DNA from: Gemmatimonadales bacterium
Lineage (GTDB): Bacteria; Gemmatimonadota; Gemmatimonadetes; Gemmatimonadales; GWC2-71-9
Length of the DNA: 64,000 bases
NCBI GenBank assembly: GCA_037189525.1
Contig: JBBCJC010000003.1
Span: 128,001-192,000 of the forward strand
Direction: 5' to 3'
The translations under genes were made by a program, and so were the position numbers. This document shows positions 38,760 to 48,389 of this stretch, piece by piece. Positions within the stretch are counted from its first letter, which is position 1. Each line of letters begins with the position of its first letter. Below the pieces are notes generated by a model. It was not told the origin of the DNA and did not search any database. It worked only from the letters and a program-made list of their open reading frames with translations.

Positions 38760-41700
38760 ATGCTCTTCAGTTCGTTGAGAGCATCCTGTCGCGGTATGCC
38801 GCGGCGGATGATGCTCGGTGTGGCGTTGGTTGCGCTGGCATCCTGGCAACCGGCGGCACTCACGGCGCAGGCCAATACAATTGCAGGAACAGTGACGGAT
38901 GGAAAGACGGGACGTCCGTTGGCCGAAGCACTGGTCCGCGGGGGGACTGCGTCGGCTCGTACCAACGCGGCAGGCCGCTTTACGCTGAGCGGTCTTTCCG
39001 GAGCCAGTGTCGAGCTCACGGTCACCCGAATCGGGTATCAGCCGTTGACCCAGTCTGTCCGTGTCGGCGCAATGGATGTGTCGTTGGCGCTGACCGAAAC
39101 GGCGCTTCGTCTCGATGAAGTCGTGGTGACGGGTGCGGCCGCGGAAACCCAGAAGCGGTCCCTCGGTAATGCTGTTGGACAGCTCGACCTCGCGGCGACG
39201 CAGCTGGCTGCGCCGACCCAGCGGATTCAAGAGGCGCTGTCTGTCTCGGTCCCTGGCCTTCAGATTCAGCGGGCCAGTGGCCAGGTGGGCACCGGTGCTA
39301 CGACGCGAATCCGTGGCGTCGGCTCGCTCAGCTTGAGCGCGGAACCGATCGTCTTCATCGATGGGGTCCGGGCCGACAACCGCTCGGGATCGACCAGCCT
39401 GGGTTTCTGGGGCACTGACAAGCCGAGCCGGATCAACGACATCGATCCGAACGACATCGAGTCGATCCAGGTCCTCAAGGGACCGTCGGCTGCCACGCTC
39501 TATGGCACCGAAGCCTCCAATGGTGTGATCCAGATCATCACCAAGCGGGGCGCGGCTGGTCGGGCGTCGTGGTCGGTTGATGGCCGCGCTGGCGCCAACT
39601 GGCTGCCGAGCCCCGAAAAGGTCTACGAGGGGATCTGGTATCGTGACGCGGCCGATCAGATTCAGTACGTGAACCTGATCGAGAACGACATTGCCCGGGG
39701 CTTCGGCAGCCCGTTTTCAACCGGGCAGGCCCTCGGCGGGACCATGTCCGTGTCCGGCGGTTCGGACGCCGTCCGCTATTTCTTCAGCGGGTCCTATGAT
39801 CGCAACGAGGGCATCGTCAGCTACAACTGGATGAACAAGCTCAACGGTGTCGGTAACCTGAGCTACTCTGCCGGAGAGAAGTTCAAAGCCGACCTGAATA
39901 TCGGCTTTACCCGCTCCAAGGTTCGTTCGGCGTCGGCGACGCAGCCGGTGACGACCTACCTGGTCTGGGGCTGCCCGAGCAACTCGTGCCGTGCCGGTTC
40001 GGGTCTTGCCGCCAACGAACCGGGCCGTGCCTACCTGTCGGGTGTCTTGCCGGAAGACTTCGATCCGCTCGAAGGGTACGACGAGGTCGATCGCAGCCGC
40101 TTGGGCCTGACCCTCAACCATCGCCCGTTCACCTGGCTCAACCACCGGCTCGTGCTTGGTGGTGACTTCACCAACAATCCGTCGTCGATCTACTTCCCGC
40201 GCGGCAGCGCCAAGTTCGGCCAGGCCGGTGGCATCAAGCAGGAGCGGCTCGACCGGAGCACCTTCGTGACCGCGGACTACTCGGCGAATGCCACGGCCTC
40301 GGTCGGCGCCAACCTTGTCAGTCAGACCTCGGCAGGTGTGCAGTACTACACCAAGCGGTACGAGCAAATTCAGGCCAACGGTCAAGGGTTCCCCGTCGTC
40401 GGCGTCAACACGGTCAGCGGCGGCGGCGTCCGTGAAGGGTTCGAGAACCCGAATTTCAACTTCGAGAACAAGACCCTCGGCGTTTACGTTCAGGAGCAGC
40501 TCTCCTGGAAGAACCGCCTGTTCATCACGGGCGCGGTCCGCGGCGACGACAACAGCTCCTTCGGAACCAACTTCGACTTCGTGGTCTATCCCAAGGTCAG
40601 CCTGGCGTGGGTGATCTCGGAAGAGCCGTTCTTCGCGAACTCCTCGTTCCTGTCCACCCTCAAGCTGCGCGGCGCCTGGGGTAAGGCCGGGCAGCAGCCG
40701 GACGTCTTTGCAGCGGTGCAAACCTACGGCCCGTCGGTGGGTGCCGGTGGCAATCCGACGGTCACCCCGCTCAACGTCGGTAATCCGGACCTCAAGCCGG
40801 AAGTCAGCCGTGAAATCGAGGCTGGTCTCGACGCCAGCTTGTTCAGCGATCGGATGAGCCTCGAGTTCACCTATTACAACAAGGTGACGACGGATGGTAT
40901 CCTGTCGGCGCCGGTGTCGCCTTCGGGCGGTTTCCCGGGCAACCAGTTCATCAACGTCGGCCAGTTCAGCAACAAGGGTATCGAGATCGCGGTAGACGGC
41001 TCGGTCATCAACGGCCAGGACTTCAAGCTCAACCTGCGCGGGTCGATCGCGAAGAACACCAACAAGATCGATGATCTGGGCCAAGCGGTTCCGCTAGTTC
41101 AGAACGCCCAGCTCGGGACCTATCATGTGTCCGGCTTCCCGATCGGTGGGCAGTTCTTCAAGAAGCCGGTCTCGGCCGATTTGAACGCTGCCGGTCAGGC
41201 CATCAACGTGATGTGCGAGGGCGGCACCGATTTCGGCAACGGCGACGGCTCGGTGGTTCCGTGCGCCACGGCGCCGAACTTGTACTGGGGCCCGTCGACG
41301 CCGACGCTGCTGTCGTCGATCAGCGCGGACGTTCAGTGGCGCCGGTTCCGGCTGGTCGGTGTGGCTGAGTTCCAGAGCGGTCAGATGTACCTGGACGGCA
41401 ATCTCGCCGCCTCCCACACCTTCTTCTTCAACTCGCTTGCCGGTGCGGAGCGAACGGACCCGATCCTCGTGGCCTACCAGAGCGGCGCGTTGGCATCGCA
41501 GAACTTTGCCTCGGGCATGATGAAGGGCGGTTTCGGCAAGCTCCGTAATGTGTCGCTGACGTATGACATGCCGCGGGGTGTTGCGGCGCTGGTCGGCGCC
41601 GCGGGCGGTTCGGTGACGCTGACCGGATCGAACCTGGCAACGTTGTGGCGTGCGCAGCGGGGAACCTTCGGCGGGAAGGTGGTCGATCCTGAAGTCCGCC

Positions 41701-41789
41701 GGAACACGGGTGACCTGTTTATCGCGTTCAACCAGGAGGCCTGGCCGCAGTATACCAGCTTTCTTGCCACCGTCCGGCTTTCGTTCTGA
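38760..41789 (+). CDS. SusC/RagA family TonB-dependent transporter 2
   Basis: GGAGG RBS, signal peptide, LDEVVVTG, IDPNDIESIQVLKGPSAATLYGTEASNGVI, DLKPE and a C-terminal Phe. Confidence 0.95.
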   Translation: MLFSSLRASCRGMPRRMMLGVALVALASWQPAALTAQANTIAGTVTDGKTGRPLAEALVRGGTASARTNAAGRFTLSGLSGASVELTVTRIGYQPLTQSVRVGAMDVSLALTETALRLDEVVVTGAAAETQKRSLGNAVGQLDLAATQLAAPTQRIQEALSVSVPGLQIQRASGQVGTGATTRIRGVGSLSLSAEPIVFIDGVRADNRSGSTSLGFWGTDKPSRINDIDPNDIESIQVLKGPSAATLYGTEASNGVIQIITKRGAAGRASWSVDGRAGANWLPSPEKVYEGIWYRDAADQIQYVNLIENDIARGFGSPFSTGQALGGTMSVSGGSDAVRYFFSGSYDRNEGIVSYNWMNKLNGVGNLSYSAGEKFKADLNIGFTRSKVRSASATQPVTTYLVWGCPSNSCRAGSGLAANEPGRAYLSGVLPEDFDPLEGYDEVDRSRLGLTLNHRPFTWLNHRLVLGGDFTNNPSSIYFPRGSAKFGQAGGIKQERLDRSTFVTADYSANATASVGANLVSQTSAGVQYYTKRYEQIQANGQGFPVVGVNTVSGGGVREGFENPNFNFENKTLGVYVQEQLSWKNRLFITGAVRGDDNSSFGTNFDFVVYPKVSLAWVISEEPFFANSSFLSTLKLRGAWGKAGQQPDVFAAVQTYGPSVGAGGNPTVTPLNVGNPDLKPEVSREIEAGLDASLFSDRMSLEFTYYNKVTTDGILSAPVSPSGGFPGNQFINVGQFSNKGIEIAVDGSVINGQDFKLNLRGSIAKNTNKIDDLGQAVPLVQNAQLGTYHVSGFPIGGQFFKKPVSADLNAAGQAINVMCEGGTDFGNGDGSVVPCATAPNLYWGPSTPTLLSSISADVQWRRFRLVGVAEFQSGQMYLDGNLAASHTFFFNSLAGAERTDPILVAYQSGALASQNFASGMMKGGFGKLRNVSLTYDMPRGVAALVGAAGGSVTLTGSNLATLWRAQRGTFGGKVVDPEVRRNTGDLFIAFNQEAWPQYTSFLATVRLSF

Positions 41790-41805
41790 AAAGGAAACGT
41801 GCATC

Positions 41806-43095
41806 ATGCTTAATCTGATCAGAAAATCCCGGACCCGTCGTCTGATCGCCACGGCTGGCACGATGGCGATCATGCTCGGCGCTGCGGGATGTAGCGGTCT
41901 TCTGGATGCGGAGCTGCCAGGCCGTATCCCGACGGAGTTGCTCAATGACCCCACCAACGCCGCGGTGCTTGGCACCAGCGTCGTGGCCGACTTCGAGTGT
42001 GCCTTCAGTCAATACGCGGCGACGGCTGCCATCTTTTCCGATGAATTCCTCGGCGCCTCGGGCAATGCCTCGGCCAAACTGTGGGGCACCAAGAACATTC
42101 CCGAGGGTGACCCGACCAACGAGCGGGCTGCCTGTACCACGATTTTCGGCGCGTATACGCCGCTTCAAACGGCCCGCTTCCAGTCGGAGGACGTCCTGAC
42201 CCGGTTGAATGGGTGGACGAATGAACAGGCAGGGATCGACCTGGCGCCTCACCGAGTCCGAACCATGGTGCTTGGTGCGTACAGCTACGCGTTGCTCGGG
42301 GAGGGGTTCTGCTCCATGCGTCTCGACCATGGAACCAGCATCCTGACTCCCGCACAGGTCCTCGCGATTGCGGAGACCAAGTTCAACGCAGCGCTGACGG
42401 CGGCCACCGCGTTACCGGGGACAGCTGGTGCAGAGTTGACCAATTTGGCCAGAGTTGGACGTGCCCGAGTTCGGATCAGGCTCGGAAACGCGTCAGGCGC
42501 GGCCGCTGACGCGGCGGCGGTGACCAGCGGGTTCGAGTTCAATGTTACGCGAAGTGCGGATGCGACTTCCCGGTACAACGACCCGTTCTGGGCCCTGACC
42601 GAACAGCGTCATGGCTCGGTGGACCCCGCCTATCGCAACCTGCAGGTCGGTGGTGTCAAGGATACCCGAGTCGACGTTCAGTTCGGCCCTGACATTGGTA
42701 TGCTGCCTGTGTCCTTCGACGGTGTCACCCCGCTGTACGTGGTGAACAACAAGAACCTGTCACGCGCCGCGCCGATGCGCCTCGCCAGCTATGTCGAGGC
42801 GCAGCTGATCCGGGCGGAAGCCCTCGGCGGACAGCAGGCTGTCGACATCATCAATGCCCGCCGCGCTCAGCTCTCTCTCCCGGCGTACACGGGAGGCACT
42901 GATGAAGCGTCGATCCGGGCCCTGATCATCGATGAGCGACTCCGTGAGCTGTTCATGGAGGGTGGCCATCGCTTCAACGACCTGATCCGCTTCAACATCC
43001 AGTGGAAGACCGGCAACGATCAGATCGGCGCGCCGTACGGTTCATGGCGTTGCTTCCCGCTTCCGACCAGCGAGCGGATTGCGGCGGGTGGTTGA
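41806..43095 (+). CDS. SusD/RagB family lipoprotein 2
   Basis: Lipobox AAGC, EAQLIRAEA and ERLRELFMEGGHRFNDLIR. Confidence 0.9.
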   Translation: MLNLIRKSRTRRLIATAGTMAIMLGAAGCSGLLDAELPGRIPTELLNDPTNAAVLGTSVVADFECAFSQYAATAAIFSDEFLGASGNASAKLWGTKNIPEGDPTNERAACTTIFGAYTPLQTARFQSEDVLTRLNGWTNEQAGIDLAPHRVRTMVLGAYSYALLGEGFCSMRLDHGTSILTPAQVLAIAETKFNAALTAATALPGTAGAELTNLARVGRARVRIRLGNASGAAADAAAVTSGFEFNVTRSADATSRYNDPFWALTEQRHGSVDPAYRNLQVGGVKDTRVDVQFGPDIGMLPVSFDGVTPLYVVNNKNLSRAAPMRLASYVEAQLIRAEALGGQQAVDIINARRAQLSLPAYTGGTDEASIRALIIDERLRELFMEGGHRFNDLIRFNIQWKTGNDQIGAPYGSWRCFPLPTSERIAAGG

Positions 43096-43123
43096 TCCGT
43101 AGGACTCGATAGCATGTAGGATT

Positions 43124-43159
43124 CAGGGGAGCCGGCTCTGGTCGGCTCCTCTGCGTTTT
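43124..43159 (+). terminator. Rho-independent terminator
   Basis: CAGGGGAGCCGGC-TCTG-GTCGGCTCCTCTG followed by CGTTTT. Confidence 0.75.
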
Positions 43160-43498
43160 AATCCGGCTCGGCGTGGTGGACGGGTCGGCCGGGTTGCCGA
43201 ATTGGGATTGGAGCAGCATACTCTCGGTAGAATCGAACTCGTTCCGTGCTGTTCCAGATCACGGTGCTGCAGGGTTTGCAGTATTGCTCTCTCGCTGAGC
43301 GAGCGTTAGTATATTCGCTTCACCCTCACTCATACGATGGATGCCCCAAAGCTCGACGGGGTCAGGCATTCCGACGTTCCGCTGCTGTTCGAAGGATGAT
43401 CCGTTTCGAATCGGAACGAATGTCGTCGTTTAGAGACTCATTCGTAGCTGTCATAAGAGGATGGGTCTCATACCCTCTTGTCGGAATGATGGTTGTTT

Positions 43499-43513
43499 AC
43501 AAGATTGTATCCA
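43499..43513. promoter_or_regulatory. Putative operator, copy 3 (ACAAGATTGTATCCA)
   Basis: 14 of 15 bases are identical to copy 2; lies about 360 bp upstream of SusC-3. Confidence 0.6.
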
Positions 43514-43873
43514 GGAGTGTCCTGGCAATAACGGATCGCTCTCGTTTCGAACTATAGTCTGGTCATCCAGGCCCCATTGGTCGCTCCACGTTTTCTGGAA
43601 GAGACCGTTGGGATGGAGACCGGTTTTCGTTGGGTCGATTTGCAGGTAGCAGGGGCCAGGTCCGAGCAGGCACGGATCGCAGGTCAACAATCAATCCGAG
43701 CTGGTGCGTCGTCGCGGAGTGGAACCGCCGCGCTGCGATGGCGCTCGCCGCTCGATCAACATTCATGGTGAACTAAGGGGAGTGGTAGGCGGAGGCCGAT
43801 CGAGGCCATCCGGGCTTTGCTGTTTTCTCCACGTAGCATCGCAGTGCATCATAACAATTGGAGGGTTGTCCTC

Positions 43874-46800
43874 ATGCTCCTCAGTACGATGCGAGCTTCG
43901 CGTCATGGCGTGCGCTGGGCGATGCTCGGTGTGGCCCTGGTCGCATTGGCAGCGGCCCAGCCGATGCCGCTCGCGGCGCAGTCCAACACAATCTCCGGTA
44001 CGGTCTCGGATTCCAAGACCGGCAGGCCGCTGGCCGAGGCGATCGTTCGGGCCGGAACGGGTCCGACGGTACGGACGAATGCCGCGGGACGGTTTACGCT
44101 GGCGAACCTCTCCGGAACGACGGCGGAGGTTTCGGTGACCCGGATCGGCTACCAGCCGCATACCGAGACGGTGAACGTTGGAGCGACGGACGCCCGGATT
44201 CTGTTGACGGAGACAGTCCTCAAGCTCGATGAAGTGGTGGTCACCGGATCCGCCGCCGAGACGCAGAAACGGTCGCTCGGTAACGCGGTGGGCCAGCTCG
44301 ATCTCGCGGCGACGCAGTTGGTGGCGCCGAGCGCGCGGATTCAGGAGGCCTTGTCGGTCGCGGTGCCTGGTCTGCAGATCCAGCGCGCCAGCGGCCAGGT
44401 GGGCACGGGAGCCGCCACGCGAATTCGCGGTGTGGGTTCGCTCAGCCTCAGCTCCGAGCCGATCGTATTTATCGATGGTGTTCGAGCGGACAACCGGTCC
44501 GGCTCGACCAGTATCGGTTTCTGGGGCGAAGACAAGCCTTCCCGGATCAACGACATCGACCCCAATGATATCGAATCGATCCAGGTGCTGAAGGGTCCCT
44601 CGGCGTCGACGCTGTACGGCACGGAAGCCTCGAACGGCGTGATCCAGATCATCACCAAGCGTGGCGCGGCTGGCCGTCCGACCTGGACGACGGAGTTCCG
44701 GGCCGGCGCCAACTGGCTGATGAGCCCCGAGAAAGTGTACGAGGGGATCTGGTATCGCGATGAGAACACCAACGAAGTCAAGTACTTCAACATCATCGAG
44801 AACGACAAAGCCGTAGTGGGTCGTTCGCTCTTCAGCACCGGCACGCCGCTGGGCGGCACCATGTCCGTCTCGGGCGGCTCGGATGCGATCCGGTACTTCT
44901 TCAGCGGTTCGTATGATCGCGACGAGGGAGTCGTCGACTACAACTGGCAGAACAAATTCAACGGCGTCAGCAACCTGAGCTATTCTGCCGGTGAGACGTT
45001 CAAGGCGGACCTCAACATCGGATTCACCCGGTCGAAGACCCGGACGGCATCCGCGACGCAACCCGTGACCACCTATGTGCTGTGGGCCTGTCCGAGCAGC
45101 ATCTGTCAGGCCGGCTCGGGCCAGGCGCCCAACGAGGCGGGCCGAGGCTATCTCGACGGCACCACGTTCGAAGCATTCGAGGAACTGGAAGGGTACGACG
45201 AACTCGATCGGAGCCGGGTCGGCCTCACCTTGAATCACCGCCCGATTTCGTGGTTCAACCACCGGCTCGTGCTGGGCGGCGACTTCACCGCCAACCCCTC
45301 GTCGGTGTACTTCCCCCGCGGCAGCAGCGCGAGCTTCGGTTTGCCGCAGGGCTACAAGGCTGTCCGCAACGATCGGTCCTCATTCCTCACCTTCGACTAC
45401 TCGGTCAACGGGACGGCCTCGATCGGTTCGCGGCTGGTGAGCCAGACGTCGGGTGGCGTGCAATACTACCAGCGCCGAATCGAGCAGTTCGGGAGCACGG
45501 GTGAGGGCTTCCCAATCCGCGGTGTCAACACGGTAAGCGGCGGTGGTATCCGCGGAGCTACCGAGAACCCCGATTTCAACTTCGAGAACAAGACGCTGGG
45601 CGTGTATTTCCAGCAGCAGCTCTCGTACAACAACCGGTTCTTCATCACCGGCGCCGTGCGCGGCGACGACAACAGCGCCTTCGGTACGAACTTCGACTTC
45701 GTGGTCTACCCGAAGGTCAGTGCGTCCTGGGTCATTTCCGAGGAGCCGTTCTTTGCCAGCTCCTCGTTCCTCTCGACCCTCAAACTGCGCGCGGCGTGGG
45801 GCAAGGCGGGCCAGCAGCCCAATGTCTTCGCGGCGGTGCAGACCTACGGGCCGTCGGTCGGTGCAGGCGGTACCCCGACGGTCACGCCGCTCAACGTCGG
45901 TAATCCCGATCTCAAACCCGAAGTGACGCGGGAAATCGAGGCGGGCATCGATGCGAGCTTGTTCAACGACCGGATGTCGCTCGAACTCACCTACTACAAC
46001 AAGGTGACGACGGACGGCATCCTGCAGGCGCCGATCTCGCCGTCGAGCGGCTTCCCCGGCAGCCAGTTCATCAACGTCGGCCAGTTTAGCAACAAAGGCG
46101 TCGAGATTGCGCTGGACGGCTCGGTGCTGAACGGGCAGGATCTCAAGCTCAACCTGCGCGGATCGTTGGCGCTCAACACCAACAAGATCGACGATCTGGG
46201 TCAGGACGCGCCGCTCGTCAGCAATGCGCAGCTGGGCACCTATCACGTCAACGGCCTTCCGATCGGCGGGCAGTTCTGGAAAAAGCCCGTCTCGGCCGAG
46301 TTTGGCCCGGTCGTCGACGGCAACCCGACGGTCATCAATGTGATGTGTGAGGGTGGAACGGACTTGGGCGTCGGTGACGGCTCGACGGTGCCGTGCGCTA
46401 CTGCTCCGAACCTCTTCTATGGTCAGTCGATCCCGAAGTGGCTGAGCTCGCTCAGCGCCGATGTCAGCTGGAAGCGGTTCCGTCTGGTGGGCGTTGCGGA
46501 ATTCCAGGGCGGACACTGGATCAACGACGGCAACCTGTCGGCGTCGCACACGTTCTTCCTCAACTCGAAGGCCGCCGTCGAGCAGACGGATCCGATCATG
46601 GTCGCGTACATCCGCGGCCCGCTGGCCAACCAGACGTTCGCGCCCGGGATGATGAAGGGCGGCTTCGGTAAGCTCCGGAACCTCTCGCTCACCTATGAGA
46701 TGCCGAACAGTCTGCCGCGTCTCTTCGGCGCAACGCGCGGATCACTTACCCTGACGGGCGCCAACCTGGCGACGTTGTGGCTGGAACAGAAAGGCACGTA

Positions 46801-46921
46801 CGGAGCCCGCACGGTCGATCCGGAGGTCCGCCGCAACACGGGTAACCTCCACTTGACCTACAATCAGGAGTCGTGGCCGCAGTACACCCGATTCCTCGCC
46901 ACCGTCCGGCTTTCGTTCTGA
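43874..46921 (+). CDS. SusC/RagA family TonB-dependent transporter 3 (paralogue of transporter 2)
   Basis: Same motifs as SusC-2, with long identical stretches such as ETQKRSLGNAVGQLDLAATQL. Confidence 0.95.
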   Translation: MLLSTMRASRHGVRWAMLGVALVALAAAQPMPLAAQSNTISGTVSDSKTGRPLAEAIVRAGTGPTVRTNAAGRFTLANLSGTTAEVSVTRIGYQPHTETVNVGATDARILLTETVLKLDEVVVTGSAAETQKRSLGNAVGQLDLAATQLVAPSARIQEALSVAVPGLQIQRASGQVGTGAATRIRGVGSLSLSSEPIVFIDGVRADNRSGSTSIGFWGEDKPSRINDIDPNDIESIQVLKGPSASTLYGTEASNGVIQIITKRGAAGRPTWTTEFRAGANWLMSPEKVYEGIWYRDENTNEVKYFNIIENDKAVVGRSLFSTGTPLGGTMSVSGGSDAIRYFFSGSYDRDEGVVDYNWQNKFNGVSNLSYSAGETFKADLNIGFTRSKTRTASATQPVTTYVLWACPSSICQAGSGQAPNEAGRGYLDGTTFEAFEELEGYDELDRSRVGLTLNHRPISWFNHRLVLGGDFTANPSSVYFPRGSSASFGLPQGYKAVRNDRSSFLTFDYSVNGTASIGSRLVSQTSGGVQYYQRRIEQFGSTGEGFPIRGVNTVSGGGIRGATENPDFNFENKTLGVYFQQQLSYNNRFFITGAVRGDDNSAFGTNFDFVVYPKVSASWVISEEPFFASSSFLSTLKLRAAWGKAGQQPNVFAAVQTYGPSVGAGGTPTVTPLNVGNPDLKPEVTREIEAGIDASLFNDRMSLELTYYNKVTTDGILQAPISPSSGFPGSQFINVGQFSNKGVEIALDGSVLNGQDLKLNLRGSLALNTNKIDDLGQDAPLVSNAQLGTYHVNGLPIGGQFWKKPVSAEFGPVVDGNPTVINVMCEGGTDLGVGDGSTVPCATAPNLFYGQSIPKWLSSLSADVSWKRFRLVGVAEFQGGHWINDGNLSASHTFFLNSKAAVEQTDPIMVAYIRGPLANQTFAPGMMKGGFGKLRNLSLTYEMPNSLPRLFGATRGSLTLTGANLATLWLEQKGTYGARTVDPEVRRNTGNLHLTYNQESWPQYTRFLATVRLSF

Positions 46922-46939
46922 GATAGGATATAACCGACA

Positions 46940-48235
46940 ATGAATCGATTCATCGATCGTTCAGGTGGCGGAACGCGGCGGCTCATGGCCGTCCTCGGCG
47001 CCGCTGCAGCTTTGATGGGAACTGCCGGGTGCAGTGGAATCCTCGATGCGGACCTGCCGGGACGTATTCCGACGGAGCTCCTCGACGACCCCACCGTCGC
47101 CGCCACACTGGCTACCAGCGTCGTGGCCGACTTCGAGTGTGCCTACTCGAATTATGTGGCCTCGGTGGGCATCATGTCCGACCAGTTCCTCGGCGCGTCC
47201 GGCAACGCCAACGCCAAGGACTGGGGTACCAAGAATATCGTCGAGAACAACGCGCCTAACGCGACGGCCGGCTGCGCGCAAAACTTTGGCGCCTATACGC
47301 CGCTCCAGACGGCGCGGTTCCAGTCCGAGGATATTGCCGGACGTTTGGGCGCATGGACCGATCAGGAAGCTGGAACGGCGCTTGCTCCGCTGATTGCGCG
47401 GACGAAGGTCCTCGGTGCGTATGCCTACCTCATCCTGGGTGAGGGGTATTGCGCCATGCGCTTCGACCGCGCCAACACGATCCTGACGCCGGCGCAGGTT
47501 CTGGCGATTGCCGAAACGAAGTTCAGTGAGGCGATCACCGCTGCTGGAGCTCTATCCGGAGCGACCGGTGCGGAACTGCTCAACCTGGCGCGGGTCGGTC
47601 GGGCGCGGACACGTCTCAACCTCAAGAACAATTCGGGTGCCGCGGCCGATGCTGCCCTCGTGACGGCCGGTTTCGAGTTCTTCGCGACCCGAAGCGCCGA
47701 CATCGGCACGCGGAACAATGACGCGTTCGTCGTATTGACGGAACAGGGTCATGGCTCCGTCGCACCCGAGTTCCGGAACTTCACGGTGGGCGGGACGGCC
47801 GATCCGCGCGTTGTCGTGCGGTTCGGCCCGGATGTGAATCTGTCGCCGAATGCGTTCGACGGCGTGACCCCGCTCTACGTGGTTACGAACAAGAACGAGA
47901 CGCGGGCGGCCCCGATGCGGGTGGCAAGTGCCATCGAGGCACAGCTGATTCGTGCCGAAGCGCTCGGTGGCCAGCAGGCGGTGGATATCGTCAATGCCCG
48001 CCGAACGGCGCTGTCGCTGCCGCCCTACACGGGTGGAACCGACGATGCCGCCATCCGGACGTTGATCCTCGACGAGCGGAACCGCGAGTTCTTCGCGGAG
48101 GGCGGGCAGCGGACCAATGACCTGCTCCGGCATGGGATCCAGTGGAAGATCGGCAACGACCAGATCGGCCGGCCGTATGGCCCGGCCAGCTGCCTTCCGT
48201 TGCCGATCGGTGAACGGGTCGAGGCGGGCGGCTGA
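46940..48235 (+). CDS. SusD/RagB family lipoprotein 3 (paralogue of lipoprotein 2)
   Basis: Lipobox TAGC, LPGRIPTELL, SVVADFECA and EAQLIRAEALGGQQAVDI. Confidence 0.9.
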   Translation: MNRFIDRSGGGTRRLMAVLGAAAALMGTAGCSGILDADLPGRIPTELLDDPTVAATLATSVVADFECAYSNYVASVGIMSDQFLGASGNANAKDWGTKNIVENNAPNATAGCAQNFGAYTPLQTARFQSEDIAGRLGAWTDQEAGTALAPLIARTKVLGAYAYLILGEGYCAMRFDRANTILTPAQVLAIAETKFSEAITAAGALSGATGAELLNLARVGRARTRLNLKNNSGAAADAALVTAGFEFFATRSADIGTRNNDAFVVLTEQGHGSVAPEFRNFTVGGTADPRVVVRFGPDVNLSPNAFDGVTPLYVVTNKNETRAAPMRVASAIEAQLIRAEALGGQQAVDIVNARRTALSLPPYTGGTDDAAIRTLILDERNREFFAEGGQRTNDLLRHGIQWKIGNDQIGRPYGPASCLPLPIGERVEAGG

Positions 48236-48265
48236 GGCCGTTGTTTAGGTAGTATGCACGTCTTG

Positions 48266-48297
48266 GAGGAGCCGGCCTTGGCCGGCTCCTCGTCTTT
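48266..48297 (+). terminator. Rho-independent terminator
   Basis: GAGGAGCCGGCC-TT-GGCCGGCTCCTC followed by GTCTTT. Confidence 0.75.
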
Positions 48298-48389
48298 CCA
48301 GCTGTGTTGCTGAAGTCGCGGGTGCAGTAACATTCGCTGCGCCATGCCGCCCGTCCGGCAGTCCGACCCACTTGTGACGAGGACACGTT

